Below, in pieces: positions 23,497-36,150 of a DNA stretch of 64,000 bases. Within the stretch, counting starts at the first letter, position 1. Each line of letters begins with the position of its first letter. Made by a program: the position numbers and the translations under genes. Under the pieces are notes generated by a model. The model did no database searches. It saw only the letters and a list, made by a program, of their open reading frames with translations, and was not told the origin of the DNA. The DNA is from Felis catus (lineage: Eukaryota). The stretch spans positions 158,288,001-158,352,000 of the forward strand of contig NC_058368.1 of assembly GCF_018350175.1 (NCBI RefSeq), in the 5' to 3' direction.

Positions 23497-24053
23497 CTGA
23501 AAATATCCAGAGGCCCAAATGACAAAGCCCAGACTCAGCCGTGGGTAGCTCCTCCATTAAGAGCTATAATCCTGAGCTCCAACGAAACACTTAAAACCAG
23601 TGAAATGCTGGGTGTGTGTGTGTTCACAATGATGAATGTGCCTGTGCACAGAAAGGAAGAATCATTATTAATTCAGGCTGCCAGTTACGCTTCAGCTCCT
23701 AATCCTGAGGTGAGGGGTTCTGCCTTGGGTGAGGCGATTGGTCAACATCTGCAATCCAAAGCCTGTATGCCTTTCACAAGTATGTTTTAGAACACCTTTC
23801 CCATCACTTTTCCCATTGGAAAGTCTAATTTCAGTTCATGTTTTACCTAAAGATATCACTCAAACTAGGTGTACATCTTTATCTTTACTTAAATGAATAC
23901 AGGTGAATAATGAATAAAAAAAGCTACCGTAATTCATGTATTTTTTTTTCCTAGGGACATTAGACTGTCACCAGTTGTGTTGCATACACTGAACTCATCA
24001 TAAGGCACATTTTCCAACAAATCAGACTGGGAACCCCCTATTTTTTGGAGGAG

Positions 24054-24092
<39 letters not shown>

Positions 24093-24299
24093 AAAAGGCA
24101 TCTGGGATTCAAGTGGAAGTGTGGAGAAGGAGAGATTAGGGAGAAGGAGCTCTACCCAAGGGCCACCTTCCACGACTCTACCCATCTCCTTGGTCAAAGT
24201 CTCATGAGTTGATGGAGGTCTTATTGGCCGCGGCAGGCCCACATTCCAGTAGGTGACCTGATTTTGCTAGCCAGCGACTAATTCAGATTGACTTTTTAG

Positions 24300-24407
24300 C
24301 AGGGCGACAACAAGGAACTGGACGATGCCTTGGATCAACTTTCTGACAGTCTAGGACAAAGGCAGCCTGATCCAGATGAGAACAAACCAATAGAGGATAA
24401 GGTCAAG
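24300..24407 (+). CDS. CAST: Calpastatin exon, domain 4 subdomain A ([36 protein letters not shown])
   Basis: ttttag|CAG GGC...AAG|gtaaaa; 108 nt (105 nt if the second AG at 24301-24302 is used). Confidence 0.95.
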
Positions 24408-25686
24408 GTAAAAAAAATATGTATATACTAATAAGTGAAATTTAAAGTTTAAAGCATAGAATATCCTACACTGCACATAAAAGGAAAAACAAACAAACAT
24501 CTGGCATTTCAGTGAACAGTTGAATGACTTAAGTCTCATTTTTCCTTCTCTATAGTCTGTTGTATTTATTTCCTCAGTGAGGACTATGCGAGTGCACAGG
24601 TTCAGGCACATGTCCTGTTAGCGAGACCACACTTAGTTATGATGGAGAAGTGCTGCTCTACTTTAATTTCATTCTCTTCCCACATTAACTTTTCTTAGTT
24701 TTATCTGGTAATAAGTATATATCAGGTGTATGGCATTTTTAGGATGACTTATTTGGTCCATGTAAGGGCAGAGGTCCCCTAATTGCCAGAGTTTTCCCTA
24801 TCAGCCTCCTGAGCCACCATTAACACTGCATGCAAACCCCCAAATGAAGCGCTAAGCCAGGAGTAAGCACTGTGGAGAAGCATGTCAGCAAGGCACACAC
24901 TGTTAGCCTCACCCACCTTCTAGAACAAGAGTAAATGCTTATTCCTAACAATATACAGTACTAAATGACCCCTTCACCTTGAAACCTGGAAGTAACTAGC
25001 CACCCAAATCCATGTCCCAGAATGTCCCAGGGCATTTCAAAGGATCCTGAAGTCTTAATTCCACCAGTGTTACAGGAATATTGATGTGAACTTCACCTGT
25101 ATTTGAAAAATGAAATGATAATGATGCAGAAAAATAAAGCCTGTTCTCTCCTACTGGTGGCTGGGGGGTGGTGGGGAGTGAATGTCACTGAACCAGTTCC
25201 AGACATGCCCCAGACAGGTGAGGATTCGGGGAGGGTTAAAGGTACTCCCTGCTATGCCATTTGCTGCTTGTGCTGGCCCCTCGAGGTTTGCTCATGCACA
25301 TCCAAGTTGTAAGTATTGTACCTTTAAATATCAAGGTCCGAAGACTTGATCTTTTTATTTAAAAAGTGAAATTCACATAAAGACAAAAGATAGTTTATAC
25401 CATTGGGCTTTATCTCTTTTCATCGTTTCTAAGGATAAATATTTCATCATTTATTTTAAAATACAAGGTAGAAACTCACACAATCTAGGTGTGGATTGAC
25501 CTAGAGAAGCACCTGAGTTTACTTTGTTTTCCATCAACTATTGTTGAAGTCTGTTGAAGTCATCCGTTTTGTTGTTACTTGGAAAATAAAAATTCTGTTT
25601 TGCCTGAGTAAAGTACAATAAACACTGAGTGCTACAAGTGTTGTGTAAGTGAAGGAGAAAATATTGTATCTATTCCATGTTTGCAG

Positions 25687-25779
25687 GAAAAAGCTAAAGC
25701 TGAACATAGAGACAAGCTGGGAGAAAGAGATGACACCATCCCCCCTGAATATAGACACCTCCTGGATAATGATGATGAG
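25687..25779 (+). CDS. CAST: Calpastatin exon, domain 4 subdomain B ([31 protein letters not shown])
   Basis: ttgcag|GAA...GAG|gtaaat; 93 nt; [13 protein letters not shown] motif. Confidence 0.97.
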
Positions 25780-26103
25780 GTAAATGAAGGCAAATGTCTA
25801 GGCTGGATATATATCACAAAGCTTCTTAAATTCAGATATCAGTTGAAATGAATAGGAGGTGCACTTTAACAATAGCATAAAATTGTAACACAACTGAGTG
25901 CTTTTAATGTGTTTCTGATGAACAGGTTGTCTAGAATTCTGTTGAATATTCATCTGAACCAATACCATATGATGTTCACTGTGCTGGGTGCTGTGGCGTA
26001 GAGATGAATAACGTTCAGTCACTCACCAGTGCTGAACAGTGATTCCAGGGCAGTACACAGATGAATTTTCTTCGCAAGAAAAGGCTATAAAAATGATAGT
26101 TGT

Positions 26104-26492
26104 GGGGTGCCTGGGTGGCTCAGTCGGTTGAGTGTCTGACTTCAGCTGGTACTGGACTGATTTAATAGGGCAGATAAATAAGGCCCTTCCATGACTTGGG
26201 GTCTTCCTCTACACTACCACCAGCACTATTCAGAGTAAGGACAGGCAATACTATATTCCCCACCACAAGTCCTATTTCTAGATCTAGATATGCTCTATCA
26301 AGTTTTTGGGGTGCCTGTGTGGCTCTGGTCATGATCTCTTGGTCCATGGGTTCCAGCCCCGTATCGGGCTCTGTGCTGACAGCTCAGAGCCTGGAGCCTG
26401 CTTCAGATTCTGTGTCTCCCTCTCTGTCTGCCCCTCCCCTGCTTACATTCAGTCTCTCTCTCAAAATAATAAATAGATATTTAAAAAAAAAA
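26104..26492 (+). mobile_element. Composite SINE: head fragment (26104-26150), ~155 nt unrelated sequence, second SINE with internal deletion (26308-26492)
   Basis: Two GGGGTGCCTG(G/T)GTGGCT heads; second jumps straight to GGTCATGATCTC and ends in (CT)n plus A tail. Confidence 0.8.
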
Positions 26493-27246
26493 TCAGAAAA
26501 AAAGCCGTTGGCCTTCTCTTTCTAACATAAAGCCAGATTTTCTTAGGTCAGCTGGGGCTGTATCCTTCCCTTTTGGCTCCTCATTGCAAGTCAGTTATAT
26601 GACGAAGAACCTTTCCAGGCCTGTTCAAAGAGAAACAAGGAAGCCCAGGTTACATCCTTCTCTTTCTATACTGATTCATTTGGTGGGTTTGAGGATGCCC
26701 TGATTTGAAGAGTGTTACCTTCAGTGTCTCTTATTACAGAAATCCATTCTCCTTGCTTGCATTCAGTATTCCCGAAGATAGCAATTCTGCATCGTGCTAG
26801 AAGCCTCCCTGCCTTGCTAATACTGCCTTACCCTGCTTGTATTCTGTGGGAAAGGTATTAAAACCCTTGCCTTTGTAGATGGGTAAAGTCCCTGCTGAGT
26901 TGTACTTGTAATCCTGGAAAAAAAAAAAAAAAAATCTCTATATGCCATTCCAGCTCCTCAAATCATTCCAAAGTGTAATCTTTTATAAATAAGAAAGAAA
27001 AACACAGGTTATTTTTAATAATATTCTAAGTAGCATTTTAACATATGATGGCAGAAAGTTCCTTAATAATTGTTTCCTTCCCTTCTCTTCCACAACCAGA
27101 CTCTTTCTTGAGGTTTATCAGTTACTGCAAAGCAATACTCTGTTGTATCTCAGATCACTAGACAATAGATTTTACAATTACTGGCTGCACCTAAGTAAAC
27201 TTTTACTAAGATCTATGTTTAACCAATAACCTGCCTCATTTTTAAG

Positions 27247-27291
27247 GGCAAACCCGTAAAGCCACCTACACAGCAACCCAAGGACTCAAAG
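27247..27291 (+). CDS. CAST: Calpastatin exon (GKPVKPPTQQPKDSK)
   Basis: tttaag|GGC...AAG|gtaaat; 45 nt. Confidence 0.92.
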
Positions 27292-27712
27292 GTAAATATC
27301 ATAGCAGCATATTCCCATAAGGAAAGGTTTTTTTTTTCATTCTAGCTGAACTTTAGTTTACATTTTAGAAATCTGAAATTTATTGAATGGCTACCCTGTG
27401 CTTGGAATGATGTGAAGACATGCATGTATGAATGGGTGTGTGTGATTTCTCTTGGTTAGCCCTCACAGTTCCATGTTTCAGATAGAAAAATTGAGGCTCA
27501 GAATACTAAGCAAACATGTATAAAAGAGGAGAAAGTAAATGTGTAAGGATTTTCATGTTTTAATATCTCCTTTATTGTACATTAGTTTCTTAGGAAAAGA
27601 ATGCCAGCAAGGTTTCCTTTTTCTTTTAATATTTTTAGTGATGTGGAAAAATGTCCCTTATGGTATTTTTGCCTTGTGCTCCTTCACTGATGGTTATTTG
27701 TTAATATCTCAG

Positions 27713-27808
27713 AAATCTGCAGCTGACAAAGACCCCATCGATGCCCTCTCAGGTGATTTTGACAGCTGTCCTACACCCACAGAAACTTCAGAGAAGACAG
27801 CAGAGAAG
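27713..27808 (+). CDS. CAST: Calpastatin exon, domain 4 subdomain C ([32 protein letters not shown])
   Basis: tctcag|AAA...AAG|gtacta; 96 nt; [10 protein letters not shown] motif. Confidence 0.96.
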
Positions 27809-29000
27809 GTACTATGCTACTTTAACATGGCCTTTCTTTGTGTGAATACATAGAGTTGTAGGCTACATAATGAATTCAATGATGCCATAGCATCAATGGC
27901 AATGATGCCATCTTTTTCCATATGTATCTGTTTAATGTAGTAATTCAAGTGCATATGTAAAACATTCTCAATATTATTTCGTAAATGTTTTCTATGTTGC
28001 TCTATAATCTCTATAGCCACCATGTTTGATTTCCACACTAATGAGTTTGACACTAATGCTTTGTCTGTGTTCGTTTATTTATTTATTTTTGTTTGTCTGT
28101 GTTCATTTAAAATGAGAGCAGTCCCTCCCTGCACTGTACCTTCTCATGGCTGTTGCCCTCTGGGATTCCCTCTCCTTTCTACCCTGCCCAGCTGGCTGAC
28201 TCCCTCCCTCTGGACCCAGTTCAAGCATCAGCTCTTACTGCTTCTCCCTTCCCAGGCCAAGGTCAGGGGCCTCTCCTCCATGCTCTCCTTCACCTGGGGG
28301 GGAAGGTCTTTGCCTGTGTATTTGTACCGGTGAGCTGTGCACTTTACAAAGCAGCCGTGGTCAGCATTAGCAAAATTCCTGGGACACAGCAGGTACTCAA
28401 AACATGTGATTAAAGATGAATGAGAAAAATATGTAGTGCAACAGGTGTGTGGCATATCTAAGTCAAATAGAAGGAAAAGTGAATTAATGCCCTTCCTTGT
28501 TATTTTCAGAAGAATTGATAACTACAGATCTGTTTGCTGTTGTTTTGCTCTTATTAAACACCTCTCCCCATCACTGAATTGTCAGTCCTCCCCATATTGG
28601 GTGATTTAATTTCTAGACCACCTCAGCATCCTATTTCTCATTCCTGGATAAATAATGCCTTTTGGTGAATGGAACTTTCTCTAATGATTTCATTGTTAAA
28701 GTTGTTTTCCATAACACTGAAAACAGTATCTCATTCTTGCTCTATTGGCACATAAAACCCAGTCCTGATAGAAGCAAGCTCTGTTTTGATGACCAAAATT
28801 CCTCATGGAAATTGGCAGAACATCACTGTGACCCACATTTTCCACTGTATTTTTAAGCGTTTTTACTTCCCAACTTAAACACTTCTATGTATATTCAAAG
28901 TTTTCCATTTTTTAATTACACTTGATTTGACTGCAGCCCAGAGTTAACTGTTAGAGGGACTGATGATAACAATAACCTTATGATGTTTCCTTTGCTTTAG

Positions 29001-29072
29001 GACAAAGTCAAGACAACTGCTCCCAGCTCCAAAGCACCCAAGAATGGGGGTAAAGCAAAGGATTCTGCAAAG
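29001..29072 (+). CDS. CAST: Calpastatin exon (DKVKTTAPSSKAPKNGGKAKDSAK)
   Basis: ctttag|GAC...AAG|gtaaaa; 72 nt. Confidence 0.94.
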
Positions 29073-30218
29073 GTAAAAAGCACTAAATATACTATATATT
29101 AGCTTAGAAATTACATGGAGTGGGATTTATCCTTTTAGTCAATTTAGTTTCTAACTGGAATCTATTTAGAATAAAATAATAGTTTAAGCACTATCTATCC
29201 TGTAGCATATCTTGGTAAAGAAGTTGATATTAAAATAGGAACTTACTTTATAAAAGTATGTGGGACTTTAGAAATCTAAATGATCATTCTTAACACAATT
29301 CAAGTTTCTTGCATTTCCCCCTTTATCACACAAAGTATGGAAGACCCCACCATAATTGTACAGTTTGTGATACCAGCCATCTGTGCTAGCCGATAATCAG
29401 GGTAGGATCCCTCCCCTCCCAAAACCCTCTTTCAGCCACTTCCCACCACTGTCTGCAAATAGCCTTGCCTTCAACTTTAGAGAGAAAAATGAGGCCACCT
29501 TGCACAAAATCCCTAAGGTCCCTTTCCACCTACCCAAAGACCAATCCTCTCTCCCGCTTGCCCTGATTCGGCCCTTCTTTCTGAGGGGTCAATAATCACC
29601 CTCTCTAGTATCTTCAACCTTTTAATCTACTTTTCCTTTGTATTGTAAACACATTCCAGTTCTTTTGCCATTTTAAAAGCAATTCTCAAACTTAGAAGCC
29701 CTTCTGCCTATAGTCCCATTCCTTCCATACCTTCACCAATCTTCAAACACCTATAGCAAATATTGGGAAGGGTGAATTTTTTTTACACCTTCTCCTCTCC
29801 AGAGACTCATACCACTACTTGAAATTGCCTACTGCACATTTTCTACTTGTGGATAACACATTGGCAAGACAGATTCATATACTGTATTTCACCAAATCTA
29901 AATGGCCAGTTATAAACTAAACGATTACTTTATATACCATTAAGAAAAAAAGTCAACAACTTATGATATATGATTCACTATAAAAGTCATAGCAAGTTCA
30001 TGGTGGGGGAGGGGAGGGTAACACCAGGGAATGTGGTTTGTATAAATTTTAGAACACAGAAGCAGTATACAAAATTGGAGAAGACCAGAATATATATCCA
30101 GAATTTATATCCAGAATTTTCATTAGATGCCACCTGGAGGGAGAACTATTAGTTCTACTTTCTAGAGCAACTTGAAAAATTATGTAGTAAGACTAATGAA
30201 GAGAAGTTACAGTGTCCA

Positions 30219-30326
30219 GAGGCACCTGGCTGCCTCAGTCAGTGAAGCATGTGACTCTTGATCTTGGGTTTGCGAGTTTGAGCTCCACCTTGGATGTAAT
30301 GATTACTTAAAAATAAAATCTTAAAA
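30219..30326 (+). mobile_element. Older short carnivore SINE
   Basis: GAGGCACCTGGCTGCCTCAGTCAGT head, GATTACTTAAAAATAAAATC end; TSD AAGTTACAG(T/G)GTCC at 30204-30217 and 30327-30340. Confidence 0.85.
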
Positions 30327-30564
30327 AAGTTACAGGGTCCCACTTCTTAGAGCTGGGCATTAATGGAGACAAATGATTGAGATTTTATTATCAAAATTAT
30401 TCATATTGTGCTCAGAAGGAATGCAAGTTGGATTAGACAATTTCTAGAACGTTTCCCATTCCAAGAACATATGATTTAAGGGTTATTACTGTGATACCCA
30501 GATTGTAATGAGAAACTGAAGATACGGCTTTAAAAATAATACTCTAGCCATAGCAAAACTCAAA

Positions 30565-32570
30565 GAATCAAGATGGTGACCTTGGAAGATCCTGAGCTCA
30601 CCTTCTCCCACAGACACACCAAATCTACAGCTGCATATGGAACAATGCCCTGTGGAGAGAAAAAAACAAAACAAAAACCCAAAACTAGCTGGGTGACTCT
30701 TACTTACCTAGCAGATGAGAGCAGCCCAACTGGAAGCAATGAGGGGACAGGAACACAATCTCACTGTAAACCCAACTGTAGGCACCATGACCCATAATCA
30801 AAAGGGAACTCAAAACCCACAGCTTCTTCCTGAGGAGCAAAGAGTTTAAACCCCATATTTGGCATCCTACCTTTTAAGACCTGCATCAGAGAGAATCCCA
30901 CAAATATCTAGCTTTGAAAACCAATAGGGCTTGTGTCCACAAAACCCACAAGGCTTTAGTGATCTGAGAACTATTCTTAAAGGGCTTGAGACCACAGCCA
31001 CACCCGCTCCAGAGTCCAACCAATTGAAAAGCGCCCAGAATTTCTGTGAAAGGTGTAATGGCTTATGTTATGCATTGGCCTCTGAGGATCAGGCATCTTA
31101 TTTAACACTCCCCTAGGGGCCTGCTTAAATACTTTCTAGGACAGAGGCTGGTGGACACCATCTTTCCCGTCTCCCTCTTCCTCACTTCAGGTCATCAGCA
31201 TCTCCTGGAAAGCAGTTTAATACACTCATCTGAAAACCCGGTTTTTGTGACTATCACCCAAGGGACCCCTCTAGATGACTGGGCTCTGGCAGTCAGCAGG
31301 ACTTAGTTTGTGGTTTCACCAGCCTGTATATGTGTGCATTGTTTAAAGAGTTCTGTGTAAGGAATTGGCTTCTAATCAGCTTCAATCTAGGTGCTGACAG
31401 AGATACTCCCTTTTGTGACCTTGACAGATCTTGGCACACCCTCAAATACTAGGAGCCACTAAAAATAAAATTGTCCAAGCAGCCTATCACAGAGGTTTGA
31501 GAGACAGCCAAGAGCTACAGCAGGGTTGAACAAAAGGGTTTATCTCCTACGTGGGGACATTCCTGCGAGACTAGGAGAGGTGTCTATTTAAGGCATAGAA
31601 GCCAATACAGAGTTAAGGAAAATGAAGCATAGATGAATAGGTTCCAAATAAAAGATCAAACCTCAGGAAAAACAAAAAAAAAAAAACACCCTTAACAGAA
31701 TGGAGCTAAATGATTTACCTGATGAAGCAGTCAACATAATAGTTATTACAAAGATGGTCACAAAATTTGGGAGAGGAGTGGATGAACACAGTGAAAACTT
31801 AAGAGATGAGAGTAATGACAAAGTACCAAAGAGAAGTCACAGAGCCAAAGAATACAATATGTGAACTGAAAAATTGAACAGTCGGTGAAGCATAAGAAAG
31901 GATTAGTGAACATAAAGACATAGCAGTGGAACTCATCCAATCATAACAGTAAAAAGAAAAAAGAATGGGAAAAAAAAGTGAAGATAGGTTGAAGGACTTC
32001 TAGGACAACATCATATGGGCAAACATTAACAGTATAGGGGTCCCAGGTGAAGAAGAGGTAAAGAAAGGGGCAGCAGACTTACTTGAAATGATGGCTGAAA
32101 CCTTCCCTAACCTGGGAAAGGAAACAGAAATTCAGATCCAGGAAGCCCATAAGATCCCCCAAAAAGATGAATCTAAAGACACCTACACCAAGTAACATTG
32201 TAATTTAAAAATCCCAAGTTAAAGACGAAAGAATCTTCAACACAGCAAAAGAAAACCAGTGGTCTCTATCAGCAGATTTTCAGCAGAAACTTTGCAGGCC
32301 TGAGGAAGTAGCAGGACCTGTTCAAAGTGCTGAAATAAAAAAAAACTTCAATGAAGAATGCTCTACCTAACAAAGCTGTCATTCAGAATAAAAGGAGAGC
32401 AAGTTTTCCAGATGAGGAAAAGCTAATGGAGTTCATCAGCACTAAACCAGCCTTACAAGAAATGTGAAAGCAACTACTTCAAGCTGAAAATAAAGGTTGC
32501 TAATTAGTAACAGGAAACTTACGAAAGTACAAATCTCACTGGAAAGGCAAATATATAGTAAAATTTAGAA
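30565..32570 (+). mobile_element. Old L1 5' UTR plus decayed ORF1, no ORF2/3' end
   Basis: TCAAGATGG start; ORF1-like motifs (ATGGCTGAAACCTTCCCTAACCTGGG, CAGATCCAGGAAGCCCA, TCAGCAGAAACTTTGCAGGCC, ACTAAACCAGCCTTACAAGAAATG). Confidence 0.8.
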
Positions 32571-33124
32571 TAATGTTAAAGTGTAAATTCAGCTTATATG
32601 TCAATTTATAACCTCAAAAAAAAGTGAAACCCATAAAAGATATAGGAAACCAGATTGATGATTAGCTGCTCATGAACTTACATCTCAAATAGGTTAAATA
32701 AGCAAACACATATTTAATTTCAGTTATACAAAGTACATGGTCAAAATGAAGTTTAATAACTCCATATTTAGCAGTGCCCCCAATTAAGAGAGAATCAATC
32801 ACTGTAAAATGAATGAATACCATCCAATAATACCTGTGTTCTTCTTCAATTAACCCTAGCCTTCAAAAAAAACAAAATTAGAGTAAAAAATTTAAAATCA
32901 CCTAAGGTTATTTTTAGTTTACAAACTTGAAGGTCAACAGTTCATAGTTTGGGCTAAATGAAAAATCCTTAGAAAGGCCCATTTAATTTCCCTCCACTTT
33001 GTCATCTTTTGACCCTTTAATTTTGAAAAGCCCATCTACTCATAAGAATCTTATGATTGATCTGCTTTTTGATAGTTAATCCAGGAAAGGAGGGGTTCAG
33101 TAATGGTTCTGCTTTCCCTTTTAG

Positions 33125-33175
33125 GCAAAGGATGAAACTTCCAAGCTAAAAGCTGATGAAAAAAATACAAGTTAA
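33125..33175 (+). CDS. CAST: Calpastatin last coding exon (AKDETSKLKADEKNTS*); exon continues to donor at 33190
   Basis: ttttag|GCA...AGT TAA agttcacactatttg|gtaagt. Confidence 0.92.
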   Translation, partial: AKDETSKLKADEKNTS

Positions 33176-34118
33176 AGTTCACACTATTTGGTAAGTTCAG
33201 GGTTTGTTGTAAATGAAGACAACTGGACCTTGTTACAGACCTGTTTATAGGCAAGGGAAACTAAACCCACTTCTTATTCATGTTCTTTTCATACTATTGG
33301 CATAAAATGCACATAGCATTGTCAATAGGTTAATTCACCGAAAAGCAATAAATGGAATAGTATGCTCCTGGAATGTTTACAAACAGTAATCTTATAATTA
33401 AGAGCTCTTTAATATATCAGACTAGGCTCTTAAAAATGACCACCTAAGTCTAGTCGACTCTTTGAAACCCAGATGCTTGTGACTGCAGGTTACCCAGTTA
33501 GCCTGTTACATCATACAGTGAAATGTCCTTATGATACTGATATTACCAAAATACCAACACATGGGTGAGGGGAACACAAGTACCTCTTATGTCTAGAGGA
33601 AACTACAGGGTTTTTTTTTTTTTGAAACAAAAGCAAAGGAAATGATTGACCACTTTTGTTCATCTTAGTTTTGCAAAAGTCAAGTACTTTATTTAATTCT
33701 GATGGTGACTGAAGAACTTGTTTGGATAAGGCAATCAGGAGATGTACCTTGAGAGCCCTTATATTTCTTATATGTTTCCTATATATAAGAATAGGTGTTA
33801 ATCTAAGCCATTAAAGCTTATGACCACTGGCTGACCAAATCCTAAAGAAAATAAAAATGTAGGTTAGATTGGGTTACTCTCTCTCACCACGGTCTACTTT
33901 TGTTTTGGATAACAAGGGAGGTATACTCATTACTTTTCCCCAAGTTAAAGTTTTCTATTTTCTAAATTCTAGAATTTTCTAAAATCATTTTCATGTTTAC
34001 TCATAGGAGATTCCTTGTTGCTGTTACATAGCATTATTAGTAAATGTTACATTTACTATGCCTATAACAAGAAAATTATGTATTGTTCACTGGATTTCTT
34101 TTCTTTGAATTTTTCAAG

Positions 34119-36150
34119 GTATCTGCCTATACAATCTTCAGCTGGTGAATGGTGACTTTTGAAGGACAAAAGGCTTTGAACAACAGAAAATTTTTCTGGG
34201 TGGTTTCTAGACAGTGTTATTTGTTGACTCTTGACATCCTAAACATTGGTTATTCTTTTCCCAGAAAGAAAATGAATTTGTCTGGTTCATCTGTGTAACT
34301 GTACTGAGTATTGATAAACTTTGAATTTTTAAAAATTGCCTTCAGTTGGGAGAGACGGGAACTCTATATTTCTAAGAGATATATTTGATAGTTTCTTAAA
34401 ACAACATATAAAAAGAAAAACCTTTGCAGACTTTTGCACATTCTACACACAGTGCCTGTAAATCTCATTAGTTTTTTTTCCATTTGCACTTCTTTTATTG
34501 TTAGCATTTGGAAAACAATGCTTTGAACGTGTTTAATGTTCTGATTTCTCATTACCCATCTCCTCTTGGGCTTTAGAACTGTATTTGATGTTTCTTTGGG
34601 TTAATGTTTATAAGTCAAACATAAAATATTGTACAGTGGGCACATATCTCCTCTTGGGCTGCTAATAAATTAACCTGGACAGACCAGGACATGCTGCACC
34701 CAGTACTCTTTTTTTGCCAGAGGTTAGGACTTCTACACCTTAGAGCCAGCACAAAACATAGTAAGACTAGAATCAAGTCAGAAAAGCAAAATGCAGACTA
34801 TATGTCACCACATAGCAAGCTCCAAAAATAAGAAAATATGATCCTTAGAATATTCATATGCCTTGAACTCACTTTGGTTACTGTGTTAAGCTGTGCTTTC
34901 CATTTTGCTACATATAAGCAGAGCAGCAATTATCTGCTTAGACCATTGCCACTTTAGTCTATGCACTGTGTACCATCTGACTTTAAGGAAGGTAGGTTTA
35001 CCAAAGATAAAAACATGTACTTTAAAAAAAAAAAAAAAAAGCTATCTGAAATTTAAAAACCTGCTTTTCTCCCACAGCAATTCAAGAACTAGGTTCTGAT
35101 GTCATACAACTTTGAATGGTTTCTCACATCTTTTGGAATGAATTGTTTATGAACATAGCACTGATACCCTTGAGGGGATTTTGATAAATAATTTCATCTT
35201 TATTTCTTGGTACTAGATGCAGGAAAAGATATCAGGTACATGTCATAAAACTGATTTGGAATTCTTCATTTCAGAAAGCACAGCCTTCCTTAGCATATGT
35301 TTTAAGTTCTTATTAGAACTTAGCCGACTTCTCTAAAAATGAGAAATATCACCAATACTGTCCAGAAAGTGGGGGGAGGAAAAACAACAACAGTACCTAT
35401 AATGGGGCATAAAATGATATTGCTAACTCTTCCAAAATTCTCATGAAAAGTCATGCACATACATATAGGATATCATGCTTAGCCCCCTTTAAATGCTGCG
35501 TATCTATCCCATGAGAGATGCGGGCATTATTCTATTACTCCAATTCTGGGAAATATAAGCCAGTGCTGGGGAGAGTAAACAGATCTTTTCAAAGCACTGA
35601 CAAGAAAATAATGAACACTGCTCCTGTGGGATTTCAACTGTATTTCTAAGTCTTCTAAAGTTTTTCTTTTTTTTTTTCAAAATGAAATCTTTGACATTGA
35701 CAGATGTGTTTGCAGGGAAATGGCTGCAGTATTACTAATTTCCCTGCATATACAGAAATATTTTTAAATCCAGAGATTTAAGAAATGCTTGTAAAAGTAA
35801 ACATTAAAGGTACCTTGAATATGCCTTTTTGTTCATTAGCAATGTCTTCAAGACTTGGGCGTTTACTGGTAATTAATGATGAGACTAAGCTACAGAGTCT
35901 GAGTCTTCTTCTACCTAATTAGGAGGAAATGATTGCAAATGTCTGCTTAGAAGTAAATAGAATTTTTATTCCCAAAAAGGTATTTGCACATTGTTGTAGC
36001 AATATTGTTTTTTAGAAAATGGACTTCTCCAGAAGCAAATTAACATAGGCTCCTCAGGTGACCAAACTGAAAACCACTATTTCCATGTTTAAGTCAAAAT
36101 ACAAAACAATTAAAAGTATTTTACATTAAAATCTTGGCTTTGCATGTCTT
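34119..36150 (+). other. CAST: CAST terminal non-coding exon (3' UTR); 3' end approximate
   Basis: Acceptor ttttcaag|GTATCTG; AATAAA at 34664-34669; tandem ATTAAA at 36109-36114 and 36125-36130 followed by T/GT-rich sequence. Confidence 0.7.
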
